Positions 19,185-28,253 of a stretch of DNA of 64,000 nucleotides are shown here, piece after piece (positions within the stretch are counted from its first letter, which is position 1; each line of letters starts with the position of its first letter). The DNA lies in the IMG/VR virus record IMGVR_UViG_3300031555_004294, positions 160,001-224,000 of that record, one strand, 5' to 3'. Source of the stretch: a virus (Duplodnaviria > Caudoviricetes). The position numbers were made by a program, and so were the translations under genes. The notes under the pieces were generated by a model. It did not search any database and was not told the origin of the DNA. It saw only the letters and a list, made by a program, of their open reading frames with translations.

Positions 19185-19202
19185 CTACAACTAGAATATA
19201 TA
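19185..19202 (-). promoter_or_regulatory. TATATATY early-type promoter
   Basis: Minus strand TATATATTctagttgtag about 36 nt before 19159. Confidence 0.5.
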
Positions 19203-19245
19203 TTTCAAACAGTTTTTACTTTTTTAAGTAATTTTCCTATACAAA

Positions 19246-19257
19246 AACAATCCATTA
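19246..19257 (+). promoter_or_regulatory. AACA-N6-TA late-type promoter
   Basis: AACAatccatTA upstream of the RNAP gene. Confidence 0.6.
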
Positions 19258-19300
19258 TAAAGTTTTACAACAAATACAGGAAAGGATGGTGAACTTAGTT

Positions 19301-20952
19301 TTGTCTAGAACTGTTAATGAAACAGAAAAGAAATATCTGCTATCTTTAAAACGATCAGATATTACTACAGAACTTTTAAAAGAGCTATTTGCAGTTAGTA
19401 AAAACAATCCAAAATCAAAGTTTGAGCCAACTGATATTTTACAGCTAAATGCTAAAGAATACTATAATGAGAAACTAGTTACAACTACTGTTGGTCGCTT
19501 CATAGTAAATAAATGTCTTCTAGAACCTAAAATTATTGAGTTGATTGGTTACCAAGATATCGTAATTACCAAAAAAACTATGAAAAAATTAGACCAAAAA
19601 ATCATAGACGAATGCTTATTAACTGAGAAAATTACTATGACTGAAATGCATGACTATTTCGACCAATGTAACTGGTTGGCATATAGTTGTACTTATTTTA
19701 TAGTACCTTCATTGGATACTAAGATGTTCAAAGTTGATAAAGACATTTTAGGCATGAAAGAAAAATTGATTGAGGAAAATAAAGAAGCAGTTCAAAATAA
19801 TGATGTTGGCGTTATTTATAACATTGAACAACAACTGTTAACAGCTTCTAAAGAAAAAGTAAAGGACATTCCTGGCTATCAAATCTATGCATCTGGTGCT
19901 AGAGGTAGTTTTGATAACAATTATAAGAACAGTTGCCTTTTAAGGGGTAGTGTAATGAACTTTACTAATCCTTCAGAATTCCAATCCTCAATGGCTTCAC
20001 TGGTAGAAGGAATTCCTAAAGAAGATTTCCACATCTATGCAAATATCTTAACTGCAGGTACTTATGCACGTGCTAAACTAGTGATTCTTGGCACGTAAAT
20101 TCTTTAATTGCTGGAAGAGTAGAAAATACTTAATCAGCATCTCATAAAAATTTTTATGAGTTCAACGACTATATAGAACTTAAATGAGTTCGAAATGAGA
20201 ATTACTAGTTTTTAGTAAAGATATAGTCTTATCTTTAGAGAGATCTAAAGTTATAAAGGATAGGCTTAATGAACCTATACAAAAATTTTATGAAGAACAC
20301 TGAGGTTGGTGGTTACTTAGTTAAGCAATCTCGTTCAGGCTATCAACATCTAATGTTAGATGAAAAGGATAGTGATTGTGGTACTACAAAGTATTTAGAG
20401 ATAGTTTTAACAGACAATAACAAAGGTCTGTTTATGCTAAGATGGATTAAAGGAGACGATGGTAAATTAGTTCTTCTTGATGCTGATAATGTTAATCAGT
20501 ATGTAGGAAAGAAAGTAAAATTACGTTCTCCTTTGTATTGTACAAGTGATAAGATTTGCAGTAAATGTGCTGGAGAACTCTATTACAGGCTCAACATGAA
20601 TAATGTTGGTCTAGTTGCTGACCGTATCGCAAGTACCATCATGCAGAAATCTATGAAACAGTTAAAATCGTATAGCTGTTTACAAATTCTTAAGAATTGC
20701 TGGAAGAGTCATAATGACAAATCAGCAGCCTAATTAAGTTAGGTTCAACGACTAACATACTACAGGAATCTGTAGTTTGTATAAGAACATCTACTTTAAA
20801 GCGAGAAAAAGTAGTAAAGATATAGTCTGAACTTCTATGAAAATAGAAGAAAATGTTGTGTCTAATAAACACACTTAAACATAATTGTCCACGATAGTAC
20901 TATTAAAACTACAAAGCTTGATTTTGAATCTCATCTTGAGAGAATCGATTAA
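19301..20952 (+). CDS. Multisubunit RNA polymerase beta-prime C-terminal subunit, 3 exons (19301-20074, 20293-20662, 20888-20952)
   Basis: TTVGR, SGARGS; splicing gives bridge helix YARA|KNTEVGGYLVKQ, DCGT, LRSPLYC..ICSKC and trigger loop MQKSMKQ(F)HDST. TTG start at 19301 fits the RBS (ATG 19286 is the alternative). Confidence 0.9.
20075..20292 (+). mobile_element. Group I intron 1 (218 nt, no ORF)
   Basis: P1 ACGTGCT/GGCACGT with U-G at the splice site; P AATTGCTGGAA, Q AATCAGCA, R GTTCAACGACTA, S AAGATATAGTCT; terminal G; P10 GTGATTCTT/AAGAACAC. Confidence 0.92.
20663..20887 (+). mobile_element. Group I intron 2 (225 nt, no ORF)
   Basis: P1 AAACAGT/GCTGTTT with U-G; same P/Q/R/S cores; terminal G; P10 ATCGT/ACGAT; splicing creates a TTC Phe codon. 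Confidence 0.92.
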
Positions 20953-20956
20953 AAAA

Positions 20957-20995
20957 AAAGAATCCCTAATACTGTTTTAGTATTAGGGATTTTCT
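20957..20995. terminator. Bidirectional terminator
   Basis: AATCCCTAATACT/AGTATTAGGGATT between convergent genes. Confidence 0.8.
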
Positions 20996-21274
20996 TTATA
21001 GTTTCTTTAAACAATCTTTACTGTCCACATAAAATTTAGTAGCTTTATCATACAAAAACATACCAGGATCACCGACTTCAATAATTCTATCAAAATCATC
21101 ACGTAAGTATTCATAACAACTAACGCAAACATCTGATGGGAGTAATATTCTGCCAATCTCAACATAGTAATAGAAACAATCTTTTTCAGAACAGTATATT
21201 ACCAGTTTTTCTGATTCTTCTTTGTTAAGAAGAAAGTTGAACAATATTTCTTTTAAAGTATAAGTCTTTTCCAT
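20996..21274 (-). CDS. Array C paralog (YTLKEILFNF)
   Basis: Start re-called to MEKTYTLKE; shares IYC.EKD with the next gene. Confidence 0.7.
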   Translation of the reverse strand: MEKTYTLKEILFNFLLNKEESEKLVIYCSEKDCFYYYVEIGRILLPSDVCVSCYEYLRDDFDRIIEVGDPGMFLYDKATKFYVDSKDCLKKL

Positions 21275-21284
21275 ATAACTTTTG

Positions 21285-21557
21285 TCAATACTTTCTAAAT
21301 AAGTTTTCGCTAATCTGATAAAATCTAGCATCAGCATTTTTAATAATAAAACCATCATAGATCATAATAAGGTATGGTGTTCTTGTATAAAAAGTTCCAG
21401 TTAGATTGGTATTAAAGTTAGCTGGAGTATTATTTTTAACAAAATTGTAAGATTCTTCAATATCTTTTTCAAAACAATAAATCGCTATCTTTTTTACTTT
21501 TTCATGATCCATGTTAAAATTAAACATGATTTCTTTTAAAGTACAAATTTCATTCAT
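21285..21557 (-). CDS. Array C paralog (CTLKEIMFNF)
   Basis: Shared tag. Confidence 0.7.
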   Translation of the reverse strand: MNEICTLKEIMFNFNMDHEKVKKIAIYCFEKDIEESYNFVKNNTPANFNTNLTGTFYTRTPYLIMIYDGFIIKNADARFYQISENLFRKY

Positions 21558-21837
21558 ATTTTGGCAACCTCATAAACTTATCTTTATCAAACTGACCAAA
21601 AATTTCAAATTCTGATGGTTTTACTTTTCTATTTAACCATACCTCTACAGTTTTTAATCGATCATCTATTGCACTAGCATTAGTTGTATATGTGCGAAAA
21701 CCATTTTCATGTAGTTGATAGAGTATGTTTACCTTAGTTTGTTCATCACAGTCTAATCTAAGGTAGCACTTCCATAAACTATCATAGTTCATACAAAGAT
21801 AAAAGATTAGTTGCTTAAGAGTATAATACTCCATCAT
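21550..21837 (-). CDS. Array C paralog (YTLKQLIFYLC)
   Basis: Shared tag, L.EN, and F.Q.D.DKF C-terminus. Confidence 0.8.
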   Translation of the reverse strand: MMEYYTLKQLIFYLCMNYDSLWKCYLRLDCDEQTKVNILYQLHENGFRTYTTNASAIDDRLKTVEVWLNRKVKPSEFEIFGQFDKDKFMRLPKYE

Positions 21838-21839
21838 TT

Positions 21840-22133
21840 TTACCTACTTTCCCTAAATTTAGGTAATCTTACAAAAGTATCATCATCTACCTGACCAAAT
21901 ATTTCAACTTCATCAACTAGTCTGGTATTGCAGTAGACAGTAATGGTACGGTCTAATGGTTTATCAACAGAACAGTAACCAACAAAATATCTGTCAAATT
22001 TGTTTTCAATAAGTTTGGTAAGGATATTGTTTTTTACATTGTCCTCACAGTGTAGTTGAATGTGTGCAGTACTAATGTTATCTCGGTTTAAACACAGGAA
22101 GAAAAGTAACTGTTTAAAAGTATATTTTTCCAT
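21840..22133 (-). CDS. Array C paralog (YTFKQLLFFLC)
   Basis: Start re-called to MEKYTF. Confidence 0.8.
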   Translation of the reverse strand: MEKYTFKQLLFFLCLNRDNISTAHIQLHCEDNVKNNILTKLIENKFDRYFVGYCSVDKPLDRTITVYCNTRLVDEVEIFGQVDDDTFVRLPKFRESR

Positions 22134-22401
22134 AATTTTTCTTCTCCATTTTTGTAAATTTATCAGCATCAAATTGCTCAAACTTAATTATTGGACATGA
22201 TATATCTTTACAAATGTCTATTATTAAGCGACAATGTTTATAGTCTCCACGAATTACACGTATGACAAAAATATTGTTTTCACGTAATTGGTTTTCTATA
22301 TTTTCAATGTTCCCGTTAAGAGCATCAATATAACACTGACTAAACTTTTTCCTATTCATACAGAGATAAAAAATTAGTTGTTTAAGAGTATAAATTTCCA
22401 T
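22114..22401 (-). CDS. Array C paralog (YTLKQLIFYLC)
   Basis: Shared tag and C-terminus. Confidence 0.8.
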   Translation of the reverse strand: MEIYTLKQLIFYLCMNRKKFSQCYIDALNGNIENIENQLRENNIFVIRVIRGDYKHCRLIIDICKDISCPIIKFEQFDADKFTKMEKKNYGKIYF

Positions 22402-22403
22402 TA

Positions 22404-22703
22404 TTAAACAAATTCCTCCACTTTTAAAAACCTATCATCGTCAATCTCTTCAAATATAATTTTTCCATTTGCATTCCTATTAACAAGTACTGCTAAAGAA
22501 GAGTATAAATTGTTTTTTCTTGTACTTTCTTTATAGTATTGAGATTCACTAGTTACAATAAGCTTATTCTCTTCCAATTTCGTAATTACATCACGAACAT
22601 CTATATCTCTTATATCGCCAATATAACACACATAAAATTTCTCTCTGTTTAAACAAAGATAGAAGATCAGCTGCTTAAGACTATAAGTATTCATAGCTTT
22701 CAA
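22404..22703 (-). CDS. Array C paralog (YSLKQLIFYLC)
   Basis: Shared tag; start may be 22694. Confidence 0.8.
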   Translation of the reverse strand: MKAMNTYSLKQLIFYLCLNREKFYVCYIGDIRDIDVRDVITKLEENKLIVTSESQYYKESTRKNNLYSSLAVLVNRNANGKIIFEEIDDDRFLKVEEFV

Positions 22704-22983
22704 TTTCCTCTGTTTTTATAAATTTATCACTGTCTAACTGTTTAAACTCAATAGAGCTATTTAGTGCTTTTTTGTTAAGTCGTAGTGTTAAGCTGCAATG
22801 TGTACGGATATCAAAGTGTGAGTCTACAATGTCAAACTTATTTTCAATTAACTGTTCCCATATCTTATCAACATCCTTTGGGTTTATGTTATAGATAAAA
22901 CATATTCTAAACTGTTTGTCCTTAATCATACACAAATAGAAGATCAACTGCTTAAGGTTATAAACTTCTTGTTCCATCTTCAT
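22681..22983 (-). CDS. Array C paralog (YNLKQLIFYLC)
   Basis: Shared tag; AAGGAG RBS. Confidence 0.8.
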   Translation of the reverse strand: MKMEQEVYNLKQLIFYLCMIKDKQFRICFIYNINPKDVDKIWEQLIENKFDIVDSHFDIRTHCSLTLRLNKKALNSSIEFKQLDSDKFIKTEEIESYEYL

Positions 22984-22992
22984 ATAACTCCT

Positions 22993-23547
22993 TCAAATAT
23001 CAAACTCAATGTTATTAAAATTGATAAACTTTACTCTATCATTGTACAAAGCTGCATAAGTATTAAGACGTTCTTCATTGTCATAAATTATACTTAGCGT
23101 TAAGCCACCATTATCCATATAAAGTTCAAACCACAAAGGACTCATCCAAATACTCTCTGTTATAGTTGGCTTGAAAATGTACTCATTTTCATCACCAAAT
23201 CGTTTACCTTCTAAAAGGTCAAACATATTAGTTGATGGCTTTTGTGGAATGACTATATTGTTGTAAGAATATTCTACTTGGGTAGTTGCTACCTCAATTT
23301 CTGGAGCATTGTAGTCAATATTTATTGACTGGTGGATACAGTGAGCGACAAAATTTTGTATAGCTTCTTCTGTTGGTAGTGAACTTTTGTCAAAGAAAAT
23401 AAAGTAGACATTATTATCAAAAGCTGCATTAAAGATAAGCTTCTTTAATGATACCTTTTCTGGTGTATAACATTCCCATTTTGCAATAATCCTAATGACA
23501 TTATTTGCACCACAGAACCAATTATCATGAGTCGAAATATCAAACAT
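22993..23547 (-). CDS. Hypothetical protein with near-N-terminal SLKKLIFN tag
   Basis: First gene of array C; tag at about residue 33. Confidence 0.65.
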   Translation of the reverse strand: MFDISTHDNWFCGANNVIRIIAKWECYTPEKVSLKKLIFNAAFDNNVYFIFFDKSSLPTEEAIQNFVAHCIHQSINIDYNAPEIEVATTQVEYSYNNIVIPQKPSTNMFDLLEGKRFGDENEYIFKPTITESIWMSPLWFELYMDNGGLTLSIIYDNEERLNTYAALYNDRVKFINFNNIEFDI

Positions 23548-23581
23548 AAAAATTGCCTTTCTTTTAAAAATTTATAAGTTT

Positions 23582-23593
23582 AACAATTCAATA
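23582..23593 (+). promoter_or_regulatory. AACA-N6-TA late-type promoter
   Basis: AACAattcaaTA upstream of 23637. Confidence 0.6.
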
Positions 23594-23636
23594 AAGAATT
23601 CGTAATTTTCATTCACTAAGGGAGGGTAAATAAATC

Positions 23637-23936
23637 ATGACTGTATCACAGTTTAATGCTATTATGGACGGAAAGTCCTTTAAAGATGATGTTGTATTTA
23701 TTCTAGCATCAGAGAATACTAAGATCAACTCTACTAGATTTGAAAAAGTAGAGATTGATGAAGGTAATAATCTTTTAAAAGCTTACATTTTACATCCTAA
23801 GTCTACTGCAGAAAATCCAATATATGTTGAGAGTTTTGTAATTGATTTGGATCACATTATAGCTTTCCAGTTTAAGAATGGTTTTGGTAATGATTTACTA
23901 AATGGCTTACAAAATGTCATGTTGACCGATTACTAA
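23637..23936 (+). CDS. Hypothetical protein (late)
   Basis: GGGAGGG RBS; own promoter and terminator. Confidence 0.75.
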   Translation: MTVSQFNAIMDGKSFKDDVVFILASENTKINSTRFEKVEIDEGNNLLKAYILHPKSTAENPIYVESFVIDLDHIIAFQFKNGFGNDLLNGLQNVMLTDY

Positions 23937-23942
23937 TTTTGA

Positions 23943-23990
23943 AAAAATTTTTCTCTTATATCTCTAAAATGGGATATAAGAGAAAAATTT
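23943..23990. terminator. Bidirectional terminator
   Basis: AAATTTTTCTCTTATATC/GATATAAGAGAAAAATTT. Confidence 0.75.
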
Positions 23991-24448
23991 CATTTAGATA
24001 GGAACTTTGATGGAACTTTACATTTACTTGCAATTTGTGCTTGAATGTAAGACACCATATCATCTGGTCCCATCATTCTTCGAATACAAAAAGTATACAC
24101 TCGTCTGTTAACAATTACCGTATATGGTTTTACTGTTTCTTCGTAAATTGAAATATCATACTTCTCAACTAGACTGTTAATAACTACTTCTCTTTCCCCA
24201 AATGGAACAAATAGTACTAGAGGGGTATGAATTCCAAATTGTGATTTACTAATTTCTTCTAGCCTATACTCATTATATTTTCTAGCAACACTATCGATTC
24301 CAAATAATTCATACAGTTCGTCTAAAATGGCTAGTATAACTTCTTTGTCCTCACACAAAGTTAGACCAAAGAAACTAATGGAATGGTCTCCATAAAGCAT
24401 GTCTCTTTCAAACACTACCTGTCGTATTGTTTTTCTTAATTCTTCCAT
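23990..24448 (-). CDS. Array D paralog (TIRQVVFERDM)
   Basis: Tag plus F.GL.L.ED...ILDELYE. Confidence 0.8.
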   Translation of the reverse strand: MEELRKTIRQVVFERDMLYGDHSISFFGLTLCEDKEVILAILDELYELFGIDSVARKYNEYRLEEISKSQFGIHTPLVLFVPFGEREVVINSLVEKYDISIYEETVKPYTVIVNRRVYTFCIRRMMGPDDMVSYIQAQIASKCKVPSKFLSK

Positions 24449-24464
24449 TTTGATCTCTCTTTCA

Positions 24465-24926
24465 TTAGTCTAGATTATCAAATGAGAAATTTTTGTAATC
24501 TACATACAATAAGTTAGCTTCTCCATTACAAAAAGGAGCATGATTTTTGTGTTCAATAATTGCCCACTCTTTGCAATCAGGTTTTTCAATACGATGTTCT
24601 ATGTTAACAAAAATATCTTTTGAGTTATTATAGAGTACAATGACTATAACCAGAGGAAGATCGTGAGTCCTACAAAATATTTCTGGATTTACTAAATTTT
24701 CTGGAGTTAGTTCACGTTTAATGAAATTAGAAAATATCACATAGTAACCAGGTTTTCCAAAATATTCTGCAATCTTTTCTCCATTTCTTTGTAGCTTCCA
24801 AATATTTTGTATGAAATTACAAAGATCCTTTTGAGTTTTAAAGTAATAATTACAAATTTCCACATAGTTACAGTCATTTGTAAATGCTGTAAATCCTAAT
24901 GATTTTAAATTATACGTATTTGCCAT
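24465..24926 (-). CDS. Divergent array member (YNLKSLGF)
   Basis: Start re-called to MANTYNLK with GGA RBS; tag resembles array C. Confidence 0.65.
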   Translation of the reverse strand: MANTYNLKSLGFTAFTNDCNYVEICNYYFKTQKDLCNFIQNIWKLQRNGEKIAEYFGKPGYYVIFSNFIKRELTPENLVNPEIFCRTHDLPLVIVIVLYNNSKDIFVNIEHRIEKPDCKEWAIIEHKNHAPFCNGEANLLYVDYKNFSFDNLD

Positions 24927-25350
24927 AATGTACATTCTCCAATTTTTTCCAACTGTAGTCTTCTGAAGAAATTTTTCCAATTATAATAGGACTAGATGCA
25001 TACTTAGGATCACTAATTGGTATAGTGTAAGTTTTTTCATCATCACCACAATGTAAATGCAAAATATAATTTATGTCAGTAGAAACAGCGAATATTATTT
25101 TTTTATCTGATCTTACTTCAATAAAAGCTTTACTTATAAAATGGTGTTCCATATTTAATTTCTTACGTATTCTTGTGATTTCCTGTTCATAACCCTCATA
25201 CTCATAGAACTCATATAGGAACTCTAAAAAATCTAATATAATAGCACGATCTGTAGGACACCTAAATTCTGTAAAGAAAACATCAGAATTTGGAAAGAAC
25301 ATATCTCTTTCAAATAGTATTTGTTTTATAGTTGTTTTTAAGTCTTCCAT
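24910..25350 (-). CDS. Array D paralog (TIKQILFERDM)
   Basis: Shared N-domain. Confidence 0.8.
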   Translation of the reverse strand: MEDLKTTIKQILFERDMFFPNSDVFFTEFRCPTDRAIILDFLEFLYEFYEYEGYEQEITRIRKKLNMEHHFISKAFIEVRSDKKIIFAVSTDINYILHLHCGDDEKTYTIPISDPKYASSPIIIGKISSEDYSWKKLENVHYGKYV

Positions 25351-25351
25351 A

Positions 25352-25753
25352 TTATCTTACCACCCATCTATTTAAACAACGAAAATATATCTTGACTTGT
25401 TTTTCTTTATCTCTTGTAGTAATTGGTAACATAACAACTTTAACAGTATCTTCAAGATAATTTCTTCTACAATAGTCTCCATACATGTTAAGTTCTACAT
25501 CAGTTTTATTACTACGAATAGCTAGTTCTATGGATCTACTTTTATATCGTTTGATAGCTTTTCTTATATACTGTTTGTTTTCTTTTTTCTTACTATCATC
25601 ACCATATATTTCATAGATGTCATCTAAGAACTTAAATAACATTCCTCTATCTTCAGGTAACTGAAAACCAGTAAAAGTAAGGGAATGGTCTTTGTAATTC
25701 ATTTCTCTATCAAATATAACTTGCTTTAAAGTTGATGCTCCTTCAATTTCCAC
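25352..25753 (-). CDS. Array D paralog (TLKQVIFDREM)
   Basis: Shared N-domain GFQLPED. Confidence 0.8.
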   Translation of the reverse strand: MEIEGASTLKQVIFDREMNYKDHSLTFTGFQLPEDRGMLFKFLDDIYEIYGDDSKKKENKQYIRKAIKRYKSRSIELAIRSNKTDVELNMYGDYCRRNYLEDTVKVVMLPITTRDKEKQVKIYFRCLNRWVVR

Positions 25754-26153
25754 TTTGATTATCTCCTTCCTGTTTAGATATTAGTAAACGACTCCTATGA
25801 ATATGTAAACCTTTTTTGTTATGTCTACCATTTACATAGTATAAACCTTGGTCTTCAGGATAGTAATCTTTTCCGCGTGCCAAGAGACAAACTTGATTAG
25901 TGGGTTTAAGACAATAAAGCCCAGGCAACCATATCTCTGTAAATTTTGTACCATGTAGTATGTAATAGTCTATCTCTTTTTCATTTAGTTCTTTTCTTCT
26001 ATCATCGTACTCTTTATATAGTTCATTAAGTACATTCAATAAGAGATCCTTATCTTTAGGAAGTTTAAAACCGTTAATATATAAAGATGAATCTTTATAA
26101 ACCATTTCTCTTTCAAACAGTACTTGTTTCAGAGTCCACATTTGTTGTTTCAT
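25743..26153 (-). CDS. Array D paralog (WTLKQVLFERE)
   Basis: Start re-called to MKQQMW; GFKLPKD, YP, GLHIH. Confidence 0.8.
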   Translation of the reverse strand: MKQQMWTLKQVLFEREMVYKDSSLYINGFKLPKDKDLLLNVLNELYKEYDDRRKELNEKEIDYYILHGTKFTEIWLPGLYCLKPTNQVCLLARGKDYYPEDQGLYYVNGRHNKKGLHIHRSRLLISKQEGDNQSGN

Positions 26154-26592
26154 CTTTACTCTCCTTTTTCTCTCTGAGTATACAAGACTTATGTAAATAA
26201 AGTCCTCTAGATGGATGGTATCTTTTGCCATTTTCAGCAGTATAGCTACCGCCTGACCTAAAAGTTAGCTCTTGTTCATATGGATAATAAGCTGGTCCGT
26301 AATCGGTTATTACTGGAACCCATTTGTATAATTTATCTGGATACTTAAGCATATTTTTACAAGTTATTTGTATCTCTACAAACCTAGTACCAAGTCTAAT
26401 ACTTCGTTCCAATATCACGTCATTGCCTTCTCTACACTTATCTCCATATATGCCATAAAGCTCCTCTAAAACTTCTAATAAAAAATCCTTTTCTTTTGGA
26501 AGTTTAAAGCCATTAAAAGATAGACACTCTTTTGGATGGTTAAACTCTCTTTCAAATACTGCTCGTTTGACAGTACATTTCTGTTGTTTCAT
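26113..26592 (-). CDS. Array D paralog (CTVKRAVFERE)
   Basis: GFKLPKE, GLYLHK; tail reads through into the next gene. Confidence 0.8.
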   Translation of the reverse strand: MKQQKCTVKRAVFEREFNHPKECLSFNGFKLPKEKDFLLEVLEELYGIYGDKCREGNDVILERSIRLGTRFVEIQITCKNMLKYPDKLYKWVPVITDYGPAYYPYEQELTFRSGGSYTAENGKRYHPSRGLYLHKSCILREKKESKDETTNVDSETSTV

Positions 26593-27010
26593 TTGTTTCT
26601 CCTATTTCTAGACAATCTTTATGTATGTGTAAACCACGATGGATGAAGCAATTTCTATATCTTCCACCTCTTTCAAGATATGTTTTATGACCGCCGTGTA
26701 AGAATAATAGATACTTTTGTTTTGGATAGCTATACTCATCTATAGATGTAACCAATATTTCATTCTGAGATAATATAATCGATACATAAAACTTACTTAA
26801 TTGAGAAAGTTTAATGTGTTTGTCTACTAATTCTTTAGGGAATTTCTGTTCAACTTTAGTAGAGTAATTTTCTAATATCTCGTCCAATGTTTTTATTAAA
26901 ACATCTTTGTCTTTAGGCATTTCAAAACCATTAAAATAAAGTGGCTCAGCACTACATTTTATTTCTTTTTCAAATAGTACCTGTTTGATAGTCCATTTCT
27001 GTTGTTCCAT
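26552..27010 (-). CDS. Array D paralog (WTIKQVLFEKE)
   Basis: GLHIHKDCLEIG followed by a read-through tail. Confidence 0.85.
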   Translation of the reverse strand: MEQQKWTIKQVLFEKEIKCSAEPLYFNGFEMPKDKDVLIKTLDEILENYSTKVEQKFPKELVDKHIKLSQLSKFYVSIILSQNEILVTSIDEYSYPKQKYLLFLHGGHKTYLERGGRYRNCFIHRGLHIHKDCLEIGETNETTEMYCQTSSI

Positions 27011-27011
27011 T

Positions 27012-27389
27012 TTAGTCTCCTATTTCTAGACAATCTTTATGGATATGTAAACCACGTTCTATAAAACAGTATTCAATAGTACAAGTGTCTGTAAACATAA
27101 GTTTTTTCCCTAATGGGCTACGATCATTAACAAACACACCATACTTCAATTTTATACCACCATTCAAAACTCGAATTGAAAGTTCAGAATTTGTATTAAG
27201 ATTGGTTATTTTATCCCTAACCGATCCCATATACTTACTAGGATATCTTTCAAACAATTCTTCAAGTACTTTTATTAAAAATTCTTTATCTCTTGGTAGT
27301 CTAAAACCATTGATATAAAGTGCTTCACTATCATAGTTTAACTCTTTTTCAAATAGTACTTGTTTAAGAGTCCATTTCTGTTGTTCCAT
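27012..27389 (-). CDS. Array D paralog (WTLKQVLFEKE)
   Basis: MEQQKW...GLHIHKDCLEIGD. Confidence 0.85.
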   Translation of the reverse strand: MEQQKWTLKQVLFEKELNYDSEALYINGFRLPRDKEFLIKVLEELFERYPSKYMGSVRDKITNLNTNSELSIRVLNGGIKLKYGVFVNDRSPLGKKLMFTDTCTIEYCFIERGLHIHKDCLEIGD

Positions 27390-27391
27390 TT

Positions 27392-27820
27392 TTAGTCTCC
27401 TATTTCTAGACAGTCTTTATGAATATGTAAGCCAAAAAATATGTTATGTGACTGATAGATTGTCCCACCAAGTCCTTCAATTTTATATGTTTTAGTTTCA
27501 CTTTTTGGGAAAAACATAAGTTCTTTCTCCATTGGATAGTTACGATAGCTTTGATAATCAATCTTTATCTTTTCTTTAAAAACTCTAATTGCACGAGGAC
27601 TACCAGCACAATATTTGTATAACTGTTCTATTTTATATTTAATTGATTCTTTAGATTCATCATTTGGGTATACTTCAAATATTTCATCTACTGCTTTTAG
27701 TAAAAGATCTTTATCCTGTGGTAGAGTAAAACCATTGATATAGAGTGGAAAAATCTTATACTTTTCGTTCATTTCTTTTTCAAACAGTACTTGTTTGATA
27801 GTCCATTTCTGTTGTTCCAT
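27392..27820 (-). CDS. Array D paralog (WTIKQVLFEKE)
   Basis: MEQQKW...GLHIHKDCLEIGD. Confidence 0.85.
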   Translation of the reverse strand: MEQQKWTIKQVLFEKEMNEKYKIFPLYINGFTLPQDKDLLLKAVDEIFEVYPNDESKESIKYKIEQLYKYCAGSPRAIRVFKEKIKIDYQSYRNYPMEKELMFFPKSETKTYKIEGLGGTIYQSHNIFFGLHIHKDCLEIGD

Positions 27821-27821
27821 T

Positions 27822-28253
27822 TTAATCTCCTATTTCTAGACAATCCTTGTGAATATGTAAACCACCAGCAATATGGTAGATACTTTTATTTCCATTACTC
27901 TTGGTGATAAAACTGTATCTTCCAGTATGTTCTATGTAAGTTAAACCTTTATCTTCTGGAAAATTATATGAACACATAGTTGAAAATCCCACATAATTAT
28001 TTCTGTTAACATACAAATGTATATAAAACGATGTGTTAGTAAGTTCATGTTCTAAATGCGATAATGCATTTGATGTCAAAAGTCTATTAGTGTCGGATAA
28101 TGGATAAACTTCATAAAGTTTTTGTAATACTTTAACTAAAAAGTCTGAATCTTTAGGTAATTTAAATCCATCAATATGTAAGTTCGGTCTATTTTCATAT
28201 GTCGTTTCTCTCTTAAAGATAATTTCTTTAAGAGTCCATTTTTGTTGTTCCAT
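27822..28253 (-). CDS. Array D paralog (WTLKEIIFKRE), first gene of the array
   Basis: Start re-called to MEQQKW; GLHIHKDCLEIGD. Confidence 0.85.
   Translation of the reverse strand: MEQQKWTLKEIIFKRETTYENRPNLHIDGFKLPKDSDFLVKVLQKLYEVYPLSDTNRLLTSNALSHLEHELTNTSFYIHLYVNRNNYVGFSTMCSYNFPEDKGLTYIEHTGRYSFITKSNGNKSIYHIAGGLHIHKDCLEIGD

Larger units (their letters stand above)
26553..27864. repeat. Four ~84-bp direct repeats spanning gene junctions (26553-26636, 26971-27054, 27350-27434, 27781-27864)
   Basis: Consensus CAAAtAGTACtTGTTTgAtAGTCCATTTCTGTTGTTCCATTTTAGTCTCCTATTTCTAGACAATCTTTATGaATATGTAAACCA. Confidence 0.9.

Noticed and set aside
19286-20733. Two separate genes or a pseudogene, as in the ORF track
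   Set aside because: The breaks are explained by group I introns; KLVILGT, MNLYKNFM and LKSYSC...KSAA are intron read-through.
26553-27864. Regularly spaced repeats as a CRISPR array or integron attC sites
   Set aside because: Repeats are ~84 bp, protein-coding and non-palindromic, and are separated by ~300-350 bp of coding sequence; no cas or integrase gene is in the window.
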